Numbered from the stretch's first letter, positions 9,749-20,672 are shown. The stretch is DNA of 64,000 nucleotides from Sulfurospirillum sp. (GCA_045047115.1 JASFYR010000010.1:85457-149456); one strand, 5' to 3'. Program-made: numbers and translations. The notes: a model not told the origin generated them from the sequence alone.

Positions 9749-10441
9749 ATGTTTATGGATGAAAAATATGAAATTCTTTTAAACAAAAGCTCTATCCTCT
9801 TGGCGGAAGATGAAGATAATGTAAGAGAGAGTTTCAAAAAAGTTCTTCTTCTATATGTAGATACCGTATATACGGCAAAAGACGGGGAAGTTGCTTACAA
9901 TCTGTATAATAAACATCACCCAGATATAATTATAACAGATATAAAAATGCCAAAAATAAACGGCATAGAACTTATAAAAAAAATAAGGCCAAAAAACCCT
10001 GATATTCCGATTATTGTAACAAGTGCATACACGGATCAAGAGTTACTGCTGGAGTCTATAAAACTCTCCTTAGTAGAATATGTCGTAAAACCGATCAAAG
10101 AAAAAGATCTAAACAGACTCTTAAAAGAGTGTGCACAAAAGCTTTATGAGAGTTCTGAAACTGTAGCAAGCATAGAGAAAGACAGTTCATATGATTTTGA
10201 AAATAAGATTTTCATACATAAAAACAAATCCATTCCTCTAACGCAAAAAGAGGTAGAATTTTTTGAATTGTTATTAGCCCACAAAGGTAATCTTGTTACC
10301 AAGCAAGACATAGAAGACAAGATATACATATACGAAGAGGCTCCTCCCTCAGCTCTTAAAAATCTAGTCTTCAAACTCCGAAAAAAGCTTGGCACAGACA
10401 TAATAAAAACTGTCGGAAAACTCGGCTACACAATAGAATAA
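9749..10441 (+). CDS. OmpR-family response regulator
   Basis: LLAEDE, TDIKMP, KP receiver motifs; winged helix KLRKKL...GYTI. Confidence 0.93.
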   Translation: MFMDEKYEILLNKSSILLAEDEDNVRESFKKVLLLYVDTVYTAKDGEVAYNLYNKHHPDIIITDIKMPKINGIELIKKIRPKNPDIPIIVTSAYTDQELLLESIKLSLVEYVVKPIKEKDLNRLLKECAQKLYESSETVASIEKDSSYDFENKIFIHKNKSIPLTQKEVEFFELLLAHKGNLVTKQDIEDKIYIYEEAPPSALKNLVFKLRKKLGTDIIKTVGKLGYTIE

Positions 10442-10571
10442 AAAAGAGGGGCTTCTTAGTTTCTTTTTGGTCTCTTTAACACTTTTTTAACGATAGCGAC
10501 TCAAAAGAAACTCTACTTATAGTAAAATTCACCATAGACTATTAAAACAGTGTTAAAAAAGGTGCCGATTC

Positions 10572-10585
10572 TTGATAAGCATCAA
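10572..10585 (+). promoter_or_regulatory. Fnr/Dnr/Nss-type box upstream of nosZ
   Basis: TTGAT-AAGC-ATCAA, 22 nt before TAAAAT (10608). Confidence 0.85.
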
Positions 10586-10649
10586 GTCTATTGGTAAATA
10601 ATAACGATAAAATTTCGTTTCAAAAACAAGTTCATAAGGAGGACACGCG

Positions 10650-13253
10650 ATGAAGGATGTGTTTGGTAAAGCGTCAGCTTTATTAGCTACAACTGCACTA
10701 CTTGCTACATTTGCTAGCGGTGCAACTGAGTTAGAAAAGGTGATGAAGGAGAGACATTTATCTCAACAAGATCTCTTGGCAGCTGCCAAGACTTATCTAC
10801 CAAGTGGCGGTAGAGATAAATACTTGGTTTTCAGCTCAACGGGTCAAGCTGGACAAATAATGGTATATGGTGTACCATCTATGAAGATACTAAAGTACAT
10901 AGGTGTATTTACGCCGGAACCTTGGCAGGGCTGGGGATATGATGATGACACCAAGAAGATTCTTGCTGAGGGAAACATAAGAGGCAAGAAGATAACTTGG
11001 GGTGATACTCACCACCCGGGACTTTCAGAAACAAATGGTAAATATGACGGAAGATGGTTGGTTATCAACGACAAAGCAAATCCTCGTATTGCTGTTATAG
11101 ATTTGAAAGACTTTGTTACAAAACAGATAGTTGTAAACCCTGTTTTCAAAAGTGATCACGGTGGGGCTTTCTTTACTCCAAACAGTGAGTATATCCTGGA
11201 AGCTTGCCAATATGCAGCTCCACTGGATAACAACTGGCACCCTATGAGTGACTACGCTGAGACTTATCGCGGTGGTGTTACTATTTGGAAATTTAACCAC
11301 AAAACCGGAAAGATCAATGTAAAAAAATCTTTTACACTTGAACTTCCTCCATATATGCAAGATTTGTCTGATGCCGGTAAAGAGGCAAGTTATGGTTGGG
11401 GTTTTACAAACAGTTTCAATTCAGAGATGTACACAGGTGGTATAGAAAAAGGTCTTCCTCCATTTGAGGCAGGATGTTCTAGAAATGATACTGACTTTTT
11501 GCAGGTATATAACTGGAAAAAACTTGCAAAACTTGCAAAAGATCCAAAAAATGTAAAAGTTATAAACGGTCATAGAGTTATTCCTATATCTGTAGCTGTT
11601 AAAAACAATGCACTGTTTTTAGTTCCTGAGCCAAAATCACCACACGGTGTTGATGTTACTCCCGATGGTAAATATGTAGTAGTTTGCGGTAAACTAGATA
11701 CTCATGCCAGCGTATATGACTTTGCAAAAATGATGAAACTTTTTAAAAATAAAGAGTTTGCAGGCAAAGATCCTTTTGGTATTCCAATTCTTGATATGAA
11801 AAAAGCTTTACACTGTCAAGCAGAGTTGGGTCTTGGACCATTGCATAATCAAATCGGTAAACACTGGAAAAAAACTGGTGAGATTTATACTTCACTATAT
11901 GTTGACAGCCAGGTTGTCAGATGGAGTTACCTAACTTGTAAAGTAAGTGACAGAATGAATGTTAACTACAACATCGGTCACCTTTGCGGTATGGAAGGTA
12001 AAACTGAAGATCCTCAGGGTGATTATATCATCGCTCTAAACAAACTATCTATCGATAGATTTGACAGAATCGGACCTTTGCATCCACAAAACCACCAGTT
12101 GATTGATATCCGTGGCAAAAAAATGCAAATGCTTTATGACTTACCTATAGGACTGGGTGAACCTCACCAGGCAGTTGCTATAAGAGCTAGTAAAATTCAT
12201 CCTTATGTAAGATATAAGATGGGATACAATCCTTTTACAGACAAGCCGCATATCGGTAAAACTCTAGCCGGTCAAGAGAAAATTGTCAGAAAAGGCAAGC
12301 ATGTATATGTTTATGGTACTATGGTAAGATCTCACATCAACCCAGAACATGTAAATGTAAATCTAGGCGATACTGTAACTTTCTATCTTACAAACCTAGA
12401 GAGAGCAGAAGATGAGACTCACGGTTTTACAGTTGACCAATACAATGTACACGCTTCACTAGAGCCTGGTAAAACTGTAGCACTATCATTCAAAGCTGAT
12501 AGAGAAGGAATTTTTCCTTACTACTGTACAGAATTTTGTTCAGCTCTTCACCTTGAAATGATGGGATACCTACTAGTTAAAGATCCGAATAAAAAGTATG
12601 CGAAAGTCGCCAGATTGAAAATGGCTAAAATGAGTCCAAAACAACTAAAAGCAGAGTATGACAAAACAGTAGCTGTAAACAAAGCAACTGACGCTGTTAT
12701 CCAAAGTGTTGTTAAGTTTTTGAAAGAGAATCACTACGAAAAATATCCTGTAGTTAAAAATCTTGTTGTTGATGCGCTTGACCAATACGGTAAAATTGCT
12801 AAACAAAAGAAACTTTCAAATAAAGAAGTAAAAGCCGGAAATCTAAATAAAGCAATTTTGTTTGAAAATATGATTTGGCAATATATGGTAAAAACTGCCG
12901 ATGTTGGAATTAGAGCAAGAGATTTACTTGTCAAAAAAATTGCAACTCCTATGAGTGCAGCTGCCCAAAGAGGACACGCTGCTTATCTAGAGGGCGGCTG
13001 TAACGGTTGTCATGTTATCGGAAAAGTTAGTTCTGGTCCAGACCTGGTTGGTGTTTTGGGAAGACATGAAAATGGTGCAAAATGGGTCAAAGAGTGGATA
13101 TTAAATCCTGAAAAAATGTACAAAAATCCGTATATTAAATCTATGACCAATTATTTCAACCTAAGAATGCCTAACCAAGGTATGAAGCCTCACGAAGTTG
13201 ATGATATCATCGAATATCTAAAATGGATAGATAAAAACGCTAACTTGTTTTAA
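10650..13253 (+). CDS. nosZ: Clade II cytochrome c nitrous-oxide reductase (cNosZ)
   Basis: Sec-type signal, DTHH, SPHG, EPHQ, CuA motif CTEFCSALHLEM, C-terminal CNGCH domain. Confidence 0.98.
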   Translation: MKDVFGKASALLATTALLATFASGATELEKVMKERHLSQQDLLAAAKTYLPSGGRDKYLVFSSTGQAGQIMVYGVPSMKILKYIGVFTPEPWQGWGYDDDTKKILAEGNIRGKKITWGDTHHPGLSETNGKYDGRWLVINDKANPRIAVIDLKDFVTKQIVVNPVFKSDHGGAFFTPNSEYILEACQYAAPLDNNWHPMSDYAETYRGGVTIWKFNHKTGKINVKKSFTLELPPYMQDLSDAGKEASYGWGFTNSFNSEMYTGGIEKGLPPFEAGCSRNDTDFLQVYNWKKLAKLAKDPKNVKVINGHRVIPISVAVKNNALFLVPEPKSPHGVDVTPDGKYVVVCGKLDTHASVYDFAKMMKLFKNKEFAGKDPFGIPILDMKKALHCQAELGLGPLHNQIGKHWKKTGEIYTSLYVDSQVVRWSYLTCKVSDRMNVNYNIGHLCGMEGKTEDPQGDYIIALNKLSIDRFDRIGPLHPQNHQLIDIRGKKMQMLYDLPIGLGEPHQAVAIRASKIHPYVRYKMGYNPFTDKPHIGKTLAGQEKIVRKGKHVYVYGTMVRSHINPEHVNVNLGDTVTFYLTNLERAEDETHGFTVDQYNVHASLEPGKTVALSFKADREGIFPYYCTEFCSALHLEMMGYLLVKDPNKKYAKVARLKMAKMSPKQLKAEYDKTVAVNKATDAVIQSVVKFLKENHYEKYPVVKNLVVDALDQYGKIAKQKKLSNKEVKAGNLNKAILFENMIWQYMVKTADVGIRARDLLVKKIATPMSAAAQRGHAAYLEGGCNGCHVIGKVSSGPDLVGVLGRHENGAKWVKEWILNPEKMYKNPYIKSMTNYFNLRMPNQGMKPHEVDDIIEYLKWIDKNANLF

Positions 13254-13265
13254 TCTCTCCTTTCA

Positions 13266-13298
13266 CAATGCACCGAAATCAAAGATTTCGGTGCATTG
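13266..13298 (+). terminator. Strong hairpin after nosZ
   Basis: CAATGCACCGAAATC-AAA-GATTTCGGTGCATTG, perfect 15-bp stem. Confidence 0.8.
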
Positions 13299-13405
13299 AA
13301 CATGACTTTTACATAATAAAAACTTATTTTAATTTTATACTTATTTAACACTTCTACTGTATAATATATAAAGTTAAAATAAGAAAAAAACATAAAGGCA
13401 GACAC

Positions 13406-14188
13406 ATGAACAGTTCTTTGATAAAATCAAGAATTTTCGCTCTATTGGCACTTGGAATTCTACTCTATTTCTTTGTAATTCCGGTAGTTTTCACTCACAA
13501 TGTTGTAGAGATGAAAAAAGAAGGTATGGGAGATAAAATCTCACCATTAACAGCAAAAGTATGGAACTATTACAAAAAAGGCTCATATGTGAGTCCTACT
13601 GTTCCAAAGAAAATAGCAGGAGATTTAAAAAAACTCATAGATGAAGACATGGAAGTAGGAGTTGTATCGTCTCCAATTTGGTATGTTGCACTTGAAGCTC
13701 CAAACTATCCAAAAAAATCTTTTCCAAACGGTATCCCTGTTTACTATCATTTTGACGGATTTAGCGGAGATGTGTTTGAGATGGAGACCATAAACCACTT
13801 TATCGGCATGGATCCGATGGACAGAGGCGCTCCATATCTTAGGATGGCAGCTCCTTATGCTTTGGTATTTACTGCACTTCTCATAGTGCTGTTTATGGTA
13901 TATAGATCAAAGATATTAAATCTTCTTATGCTTATACCTATATCACTACCGCTTATCTTTATAGGGTTTTACTCTTATTGGCTATACTGGTTTGGACACC
14001 ATATGCACCAATGGGGAGCATTTAAGATAAAACCGTTCACACCCACCGTTTTTGGAGATGGAAAAGTTGCACAGTTTACAACGCATTCATACCCAACTAC
14101 CGGTTTTTGGCTTTTAGTAGCAATAAGCGTGCTTTGTTTGCTTGCTGTTGTTTCAAAAAGCAAAGCACTAAAACAAGAGAGCAAGTAA
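13406..14188 (+). CDS. nosB: NosB membrane protein
   Basis: LEAPNYP...INHFIGM...WLYWFGH motifs; position directly after clade II nosZ. Confidence 0.85.
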   Translation: MNSSLIKSRIFALLALGILLYFFVIPVVFTHNVVEMKKEGMGDKISPLTAKVWNYYKKGSYVSPTVPKKIAGDLKKLIDEDMEVGVVSSPIWYVALEAPNYPKKSFPNGIPVYYHFDGFSGDVFEMETINHFIGMDPMDRGAPYLRMAAPYALVFTALLIVLFMVYRSKILNLLMLIPISLPLIFIGFYSYWLYWFGHHMHQWGAFKIKPFTPTVFGDGKVAQFTTHSYPTTGFWLLVAISVLCLLAVVSKSKALKQESK

Positions 14189-14198
14189 AAGTACTATT

Positions 14199-15419
14199 AT
14201 GAGATGGTTGTATATAATTTTAATCTCCTTTTTACCGCTAATTGCAGCAAACAGATTGCAAATTGCGATAGATTTAGCGGAACCTGGTTCACTTCTTGAA
14301 TTGCCTGCTGGTATATACAGGGGAAATATAGTTATAAATAAACCTCTCATAATTGATGGCAAGAATCAAAAAGCCATCATAGAAGGAAGCGGCAAAGGTA
14401 CAGTTGTAAGAATCAAAAGCTCTTATGTAACTATAAAAAATCTTATCATCAGGCATAGTGGTCAAGAGCATGAGAAACTCGCAGCCGGAATCGCTATCAA
14501 AAAAGCAAAGCATGTTAAAGTTTTAAATTGCAAAATTTTAGATGTTTTGTTTGGAATTGATTTACAACAAGTCAGCGAAAGTGATATAAGTGATAATTAC
14601 ATCACTTCAAAACCCTTTACTTTGGGTTTAAGAGGTGATGCCATAAGACTTTGGTATAGCAATGACAACACGCTTAAGAACAATAGAATTATAAAATCAA
14701 GAGATTTTATAGTATGGTACAGTCATGGAAATTTGATAGAGAAAAACTACAGTGAATACTGCAGATACTCTTTGCATTTTATGTACACAGGGAAAAATAT
14801 AGTAAAAAATAACACTTTTAAACACAATAGTGTGGGTATATTTTTTATGTACTCTCAAGATACCGAGGTTTATGGCAATGTGATAGAAAATTCACTTGGA
14901 ACTACGGGTCTGGGCATAGGTTTAAAAGATTGTTCGAACTATACACTAAAAGACAATACTATGATTTACTGTGCAAGGGGACTCTATCTTGATAGATCTC
15001 CGTTTCAGCCGGGAACTCATAATTATATAGAGGAAAACAAACTGTTATACAACAGTATAGCTGTAAAATTTCACTCTTTAAGCATAGCAAATATTTTTAA
15101 GAAAAATATCATAAAAGGCAACATAGAAAATGTAGTAAACGATTCATTCAACAGAAAAGTTACGCAAAATATATGGAATGGAAATTACTGGGATAATTAT
15201 CAAGGATTTGATAGAAACAATGACGGAGTCGGAGACACACCTCACATAGAGAAATTTTATGCAGATAGAATGTGGCACTCTAATCCTGATATTAGGTTTT
15301 TTTATGGCTCACCGGTCATAACTATCATAAACTTTTTGGCTAAACTTGCTCCTCTTTCGGAGCCGGTTATACTAGCCATAGACAAACAACCAAAGATGAG
15401 TATAGGAGGGGTCCTTTGA
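14199..15419 (+). CDS. nosD: NosD maturation protein
   Basis: Beta-helix repeats, RYSLHFMY, GNYWDNYQGFD. Confidence 0.95.
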   Translation: MRWLYIILISFLPLIAANRLQIAIDLAEPGSLLELPAGIYRGNIVINKPLIIDGKNQKAIIEGSGKGTVVRIKSSYVTIKNLIIRHSGQEHEKLAAGIAIKKAKHVKVLNCKILDVLFGIDLQQVSESDISDNYITSKPFTLGLRGDAIRLWYSNDNTLKNNRIIKSRDFIVWYSHGNLIEKNYSEYCRYSLHFMYTGKNIVKNNTFKHNSVGIFFMYSQDTEVYGNVIENSLGTTGLGIGLKDCSNYTLKDNTMIYCARGLYLDRSPFQPGTHNYIEENKLLYNSIAVKFHSLSIANIFKKNIIKGNIENVVNDSFNRKVTQNIWNGNYWDNYQGFDRNNDGVGDTPHIEKFYADRMWHSNPDIRFFYGSPVITIINFLAKLAPLSEPVILAIDKQPKMSIGGVL

Positions 15420-16201
15420 ATCCTGAAGATAAAAAAAGAAGAAAATTTATAAAGCAGATGACAGGCCTTGGTGTCTTGGGTCTTGCCAGTGGTGCCGGTA
15501 TATACCTTGCACCTGAATTAAAAGCAAATGAATTAAGACTAAGACCTCCTGGAGCAGTAGAGGAAGATCAGTTTTTAAAACTTTGCATAAAATGCGGTCA
15601 ATGCCTGCAAGTATGCCCCTATGACGCCATAGAGCTAGAGGACATAGATGGAGGAGCGAGTGTTGGTATGGCATATATCGATCCGCAAAAGCGTGGATGC
15701 TATCTGTGTGAAGCATTTCCTTGCATGTTGGCATGTCCTAGTGGAGCACTTAATCACGAACATGACAATATAAAATATGTCCAGATGGGCATTGCAGTTC
15801 TTGCAAATACGGATGGCTGTTTGGCACTTCATAACAAACCTGTTCCGAACAGTGCAGTTGATGCTATATATGAACATACAAAAGTTTTATCATCAAAGCA
15901 AAGAAAGGAACATAAAACTTTCTTAACCGGAACAGAAAAAGAGAAGGTAAAACTACAAAAACAACTTTTGATTAAATTGGATAAATTTAGAGACAAGCCT
16001 TGTACAATTTGCGCAGATATGTGTCCATATCCGACACCGGCTAATGCGATAGGAATGATAAAAAAAGACGGCGGGTTGATACCTGAGATAAGAGATGCTT
16101 GTGTTGGGTGTGGGGCTTGTGTAGAGCTTTGTCCAACAAAAGTTCTCAAAATTATACCGGCACAAACTTATGCCAGCGTATATAAGAAAGGTAAAAAATG
16201 A
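15416..16201 (+). CDS. nosG: NosG (NapG-like) polyferredoxin
   Basis: Tat signal RRKFIK, LRPPGA, CIKCGQCLQVCP and further 4Fe-4S motifs. Confidence 0.9.
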   Translation: MNPEDKKRRKFIKQMTGLGVLGLASGAGIYLAPELKANELRLRPPGAVEEDQFLKLCIKCGQCLQVCPYDAIELEDIDGGASVGMAYIDPQKRGCYLCEAFPCMLACPSGALNHEHDNIKYVQMGIAVLANTDGCLALHNKPVPNSAVDAIYEHTKVLSSKQRKEHKTFLTGTEKEKVKLQKQLLIKLDKFRDKPCTICADMCPYPTPANAIGMIKKDGGLIPEIRDACVGCGACVELCPTKVLKIIPAQTYASVYKKGKK

Positions 16202-16794
16202 TAAGCAAAAAAGTTATATTTACTTGTATTGTTTCAGGGGTACTTTTGTTTAGCGGTTGCGGTAAAAAAGAGAAGAAACAAGAAGAGGTGAAACAAGAGG
16301 TGACTACGCCTGCTACTATAAAAGTTACCAAAAATGCTGTAAAAGAATCAACAAAAAAAGAGATTTCAAAAGAGAATGGCGGACAGTTTTATTATGCTTA
16401 TAACAAAGAAGATAAATCAAAAGAGGCTAAAGAGATAGATAAGTACAATAACGAAACTTCAAAAACAAGAACCACGATAGATGCCTATCTTAACATAAAA
16501 TCTCCTTATGAGCGAGTAAGAATCACTATGATGATAAAAAGACTAAGCAAGGACTACATCATCAAGTGTGCTGCTTGTCATGATGACTATGCAAATGGTA
16601 TCATAGGTCCATCATTGTTAGACAAGAATAAAGATTTCATATATAAAAGAATTATTGCTTTTAAAACCGGTAAGAGAAAAAATGTCTTAATGAAAGAGCT
16701 GGTTAGTCAGATTGATGACAAAAAACTTGAAAGCATAGCACAAGAGATAGCAAATTTTAACAAACAAATAAGAAAAATGAGGATGAAAAGATGA
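16198..16794 (+). CDS. nosC1: Monoheme cytochrome c lipoprotein NosC1
   Basis: Lipobox FSGC, CAACH, position in cluster. Confidence 0.85.
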   Translation: MISKKVIFTCIVSGVLLFSGCGKKEKKQEEVKQEVTTPATIKVTKNAVKESTKKEISKENGGQFYYAYNKEDKSKEAKEIDKYNNETSKTRTTIDAYLNIKSPYERVRITMMIKRLSKDYIIKCAACHDDYANGIIGPSLLDKNKDFIYKRIIAFKTGKRKNVLMKELVSQIDDKKLESIAQEIANFNKQIRKMRMKR

Positions 16795-17309
16795 TCAAAA
16801 ATGCAATAGCAGCTGTAGCAGTAGTATTGGCACTATGGGCGAGTATAAATATGTTTAAATCGGATATGGAAGTACACAAGTTGGCAAATATAAAAAGGCT
16901 GATAAAGAAATCCGAGATAAAAGTTCATTTGGTTAAAGAATCTACTATCAAAAAAGAGATTCAACAAGAGCAAAAATCAAACGCAAATGATAAGAAAAAC
17001 ACAGAGATGGATAAAAAGTTGCAAGCGCTAAGAAACAAAGTAGGAAATATTGCGGCATTTAAAGTTTCACCTCTATATAAGAAAAACTGTTCATCTTGCC
17101 ACGGCACAACCGGAGAGGGAATAATCGGACCAAAACTAAGAGGAAGAAGCAAGGATTATATACTCAAAAACCTAAAAGAGTTTAAAACGGGAAAGAGAAA
17201 AAACTATGTAATGTACGGTTTACTTGGAAACCTAAGCGACCAACAACTTGATGATTTAGCTACTGAGATAAGTACATTTCAAGCTAAATACGATAAAGCA
17301 CAAAAGTAA
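16791..17309 (+). CDS. nosC2: Monoheme cytochrome c NosC2
   Basis: CSSCH, position in cluster. Confidence 0.85.
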   Translation: MIKNAIAAVAVVLALWASINMFKSDMEVHKLANIKRLIKKSEIKVHLVKESTIKKEIQQEQKSNANDKKNTEMDKKLQALRNKVGNIAAFKVSPLYKKNCSSCHGTTGEGIIGPKLRGRSKDYILKNLKEFKTGKRKNYVMYGLLGNLSDQQLDDLATEISTFQAKYDKAQK

Positions 17310-17319
17310 AGAGTAAAAA

Positions 17320-18231
17320 ATGAATAAATACAGTGGGAGCGTCAGGGAGCTAGTCAATGCTCCCTTTCTTTCAACATTTTTCAATAAAAACAAACAAGGA
17401 CACAATAGACTCTCCTGGAGAGGCTGGAGATGGCTGAGTATCATAATCATAAACCTACTCTTCTTTCTATCATTTCATATAGATATTCAGGTTTTAGAGG
17501 GTACGCTAAATGGCTCAAGACTTCTGGGTTTTCACCTTATAGATCCATTTACCGCTTTGGAAATCCTTGCAAGCGATCACGGTATGCATATCAATGTCAT
17601 CATCGGTAGTGTAACACTCATAATTTTCTACTTTTTTGTAGGAGGCAAGGCATACTGCTCGTGGGTATGTCCATATGGGTTGCTGAGTGAAATAGGCGAG
17701 AGAATACACCTCAAACTTGTAAGTAAAAAAATTATAAAATCCAGAAATTTTGATCCTAGAATCAGATTTTTCTTTTGGGCTGTTTTTCTTTTGGCGGCTG
17801 CAATAGATGGATATCTTGTTTTTGAAGTTATCAACCCTATTGGAATAATCAGCAGATTCATCGCATACGGCTGGAGCTTAGCCCTTGTTTGGGTAGTTGT
17901 TATTTTACTGTTTGAGATTTTCTTTTCAAGAAGAGGTTGGTGTAAATATATATGTCCTGTTGGCACAACATACAACTTTTTAGGATGGATCGGACTTACT
18001 AGACTCAAGTGGGATATGGACAAGTGTGATCACTGTTCAGCCTGTATAGCAGTTTGTCCGGAGGATCATGTTTTGGAATTCATAAAACCAAAACACGATA
18101 AAGAAAGAGCCGCAAAAGGTAAGCATCAAGAGTATATCAAAAACGGAGATTGCATCATGTGTGGAAGATGCGTCGATGTCTGCCATGTAGATGCTTATAA
18201 GCTTGATTTTAGATTGAAGGATTTGGTGTAG
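17320..18231 (+). CDS. nosH: NosH (NapH-like) membrane Fe-S protein
   Basis: CSWVCP, CKYICP and two 4Fe-4S motifs. Confidence 0.92.
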   Translation: MNKYSGSVRELVNAPFLSTFFNKNKQGHNRLSWRGWRWLSIIIINLLFFLSFHIDIQVLEGTLNGSRLLGFHLIDPFTALEILASDHGMHINVIIGSVTLIIFYFFVGGKAYCSWVCPYGLLSEIGERIHLKLVSKKIIKSRNFDPRIRFFFWAVFLLAAAIDGYLVFEVINPIGIISRFIAYGWSLALVWVVVILLFEIFFSRRGWCKYICPVGTTYNFLGWIGLTRLKWDMDKCDHCSACIAVCPEDHVLEFIKPKHDKERAAKGKHQEYIKNGDCIMCGRCVDVCHVDAYKLDFRLKDLV

Positions 18232-18232
18232 T

Positions 18233-18874
18233 ATGCTTGTATCAGCAAAAAATGTTACTAAAAAATTTTTAGGTGTAAATGTTCTTGATGGTGTAAGTTT
18301 AGATATCAATCAAGGGGACAGGGTAGCCATGATGGGTCCAAACGGTGCGGGCAAGACAACTCTTATACGAGCATTTTTGGGATTTTACCATATAGACAAA
18401 GGCACAATAGAAGTTGATGGCTTTAATCCTATAAAAGATAGAGTAAAAGTTTTACAGAAGATAAGCTTTATACCCCAGCTTCCACCTCCTATAAAATTGA
18501 GTCTTGATGAGATGATCTCTTTCATAACCAAGAGTTCAAACATCTCAAAAGAGATGATTTTTAGAGAATCCGATCGGATGGAGCTAAGCTTAGAGAAAAA
18601 TCTTCATAAACAATTTTTTAAACTATCAGGCGGTATGAAGCAAAAGCTTTTGATAGCTATCGCGCTATCAAAGAAAAGTTCATTGCTTGTTTTTGATGAA
18701 CCAACAGCAAATTTAGATCCAAAAGCAAGAGAACACTTTTATAGACTTCTTCAAGAGCTTGATGCAGAGTGTTCTACTCTATTTATAACTCACAGGCTTG
18801 ATGAGATTAAAGATTTGGTAAACAGACAGGTCTATATGGATTTAGGAAAAATTGTTGAAGATGAAAAAGTTTAA
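18233..18874 (+). CDS. nosF: ABC ATPase NosF
   Basis: GPNGAGKT, LSGGMKQK, DEPT. Confidence 0.88.
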   Translation: MLVSAKNVTKKFLGVNVLDGVSLDINQGDRVAMMGPNGAGKTTLIRAFLGFYHIDKGTIEVDGFNPIKDRVKVLQKISFIPQLPPPIKLSLDEMISFITKSSNISKEMIFRESDRMELSLEKNLHKQFFKLSGGMKQKLLIAIALSKKSSLLVFDEPTANLDPKAREHFYRLLQELDAECSTLFITHRLDEIKDLVNRQVYMDLGKIVEDEKV

Positions 18875-19352
18875 ACTTCTCTTTTTCCTGCTGGTAACTA
18901 TCGGTCTTTTTTTCACGGGTTGTGAAAAAAAGAAGATAGGAGGAGTTGAAGAAGTTCACTGGGACAGAGATATGTGTGAAAGATGCAAAATGGCTATCAG
19001 TGAGCGAAAATTTGCATTTGAGATAGTAAATCCTAAAAATGGAAAAACATATAAATTTGATGACATTGGTTGTGCAGTTCTTTGGATGGATGAGGAAAAA
19101 ATTTCTTGGAAAAACAGAGCAATACTCTGGATAACAGATGCAAAAACGGGCAAATGGATAGATGCGAGAAAGGCATTATACACTGACGACAGCATTACCC
19201 CTATGGCTTATGGATTGGCGGCATATACAAAAGATACCGTACCTAAAAATCATGAAATTATAAATTTCAAACAAGCTAAAAAGATTATATACGAGGTAGA
19301 AAAGTTGAATACAAAAAAATTAGAAGAGATGAGAAAAGAGGATAAAAAATGA
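18861..19352 (+). CDS. nosL: NosL lipoprotein
   Basis: Lipobox FTGC, CERCKM, FDDIGC, TPMAYG; start placed at ATG 18861. Confidence 0.88.
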   Translation: MKKFKLLFFLLVTIGLFFTGCEKKKIGGVEEVHWDRDMCERCKMAISERKFAFEIVNPKNGKTYKFDDIGCAVLWMDEEKISWKNRAILWITDAKTGKWIDARKALYTDDSITPMAYGLAAYTKDTVPKNHEIINFKQAKKIIYEVEKLNTKKLEEMRKEDKK

Positions 19353-20176
19353 AAAATCTATTACTTGTGGCATATTTGGATATAAAAGAGTCACTGAGAT
19401 CAAAATGGTTTTATGTATATGCTCTTGTCTTTGGTGGCTTGATGGCACTATTTTTTGTCACCGGAATTTCTGATTCGGTTGTTATGGGTTTTTCCGGACT
19501 CAGTAGGTTGCTTTTGGTTTTCATACAGGTTACTATCATAATTTTACCTATATTTATATTGATTACCACTGTTAAATCTATTTCGGGCGATAGAGAAAGC
19601 AATGTTTTGGAATATATGCTCTCCTTTCCCATATCCTTAACTCACTACTATTGGGGCAAGATGTTGGGAAGATTTTTAACTGTATTTTTACCAGTTATTC
19701 TTGCTCTTGTTATGGGTGTGGTTTTTGGAATCATAAAAGGCGGTAATCTTCCATGGGCCATGATAAGTCTATACTCTGCGCTACTCTTTGCCATGTGCTT
19801 TGTATTTTTAGGTATTGCATTTTTTATCTCAACCATGGTAAAATCATCTGATATAGCTGTTGGCACCTCTTTTATGATATGGATAATTCTTTTGGCATTT
19901 ATCGATATTGCGCTAATTGGGCTAATGTTACAAGGCAGACTCAGTGATGGTCTGATTATCTCTATAGCACTTACAAATCCTATCGAAGTTTTCAGGATCG
20001 GAGCAATTTCACTTTTTGATCCCGAACTCACAGTCATAGGTCCTGTGGCATACTATCTGCTTGATACTTTGGGAGCAAAACTGTTAATGATGTATTCGAT
20101 ATTTTACCCTATAATACTAGGATTGTTTTTCTCATTTATGGGATATATCACATTTAAGAAAAAAGATTTACTGTAA
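19349..20176 (+). CDS. nosY: ABC permease NosY
   Basis: ISGDRESNVLEYMLSFP...GK, NPIEVFR. Confidence 0.9.
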   Translation: MKNLLLVAYLDIKESLRSKWFYVYALVFGGLMALFFVTGISDSVVMGFSGLSRLLLVFIQVTIIILPIFILITTVKSISGDRESNVLEYMLSFPISLTHYYWGKMLGRFLTVFLPVILALVMGVVFGIIKGGNLPWAMISLYSALLFAMCFVFLGIAFFISTMVKSSDIAVGTSFMIWIILLAFIDIALIGLMLQGRLSDGLIISIALTNPIEVFRIGAISLFDPELTVIGPVAYYLLDTLGAKLLMMYSIFYPIILGLFFSFMGYITFKKKDLL

Positions 20177-20185
20177 GGAGTAAAA

Positions 20186-20650
20186 ATGAAAAAATTTATA
20201 TTAGTAATCACTGTATTAGCACTTAGTCTGTTTGCGGGAGAGATAAAACTCTTAAATAAAAATGCTGTGGATCCCGTATATCAACTGCCTCTTAAAAAAT
20301 ATCCTGCTTTTTTATGCGAAGCAACTCTAAATAACGGCAAAACTGTACAGTTTGTGTCGGTAAAGTCTATGTTTCAAGTCTATTATCATCAGGGTTACTT
20401 TATGCATAATAAATTTTTAGATACTCATATAAAAAATATGTATGTTCAAGATTATCTAACTGGCAAAAAAATCAACGCTAAAAAAGCCCTATATGTTTTT
20501 GGTAGCAGACTTATCGGACCACACGGTGATGATTTAATACCGCTAAAAGACCAGGCAAGCATTAAAATATTTGCTATCAAATTTGGTGGCACTAAAACAC
20601 TTCATTTTAGCAAAATGTCTGTTGGCCTTATCAAATACCTTGACCAATAA
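20186..20650 (+). CDS. NosL-like protein lacking CxxCxM
   Basis: FVSVKSM, VQDYLTG, YVFGS...GPHGDDLIP. Confidence 0.75.
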   Translation: MKKFILVITVLALSLFAGEIKLLNKNAVDPVYQLPLKKYPAFLCEATLNNGKTVQFVSVKSMFQVYYHQGYFMHNKFLDTHIKNMYVQDYLTGKKINAKKALYVFGSRLIGPHGDDLIPLKDQASIKIFAIKFGGTKTLHFSKMSVGLIKYLDQ

Positions 20651-20672
20651 CAAATAAAGAAAGTTACAAAAA

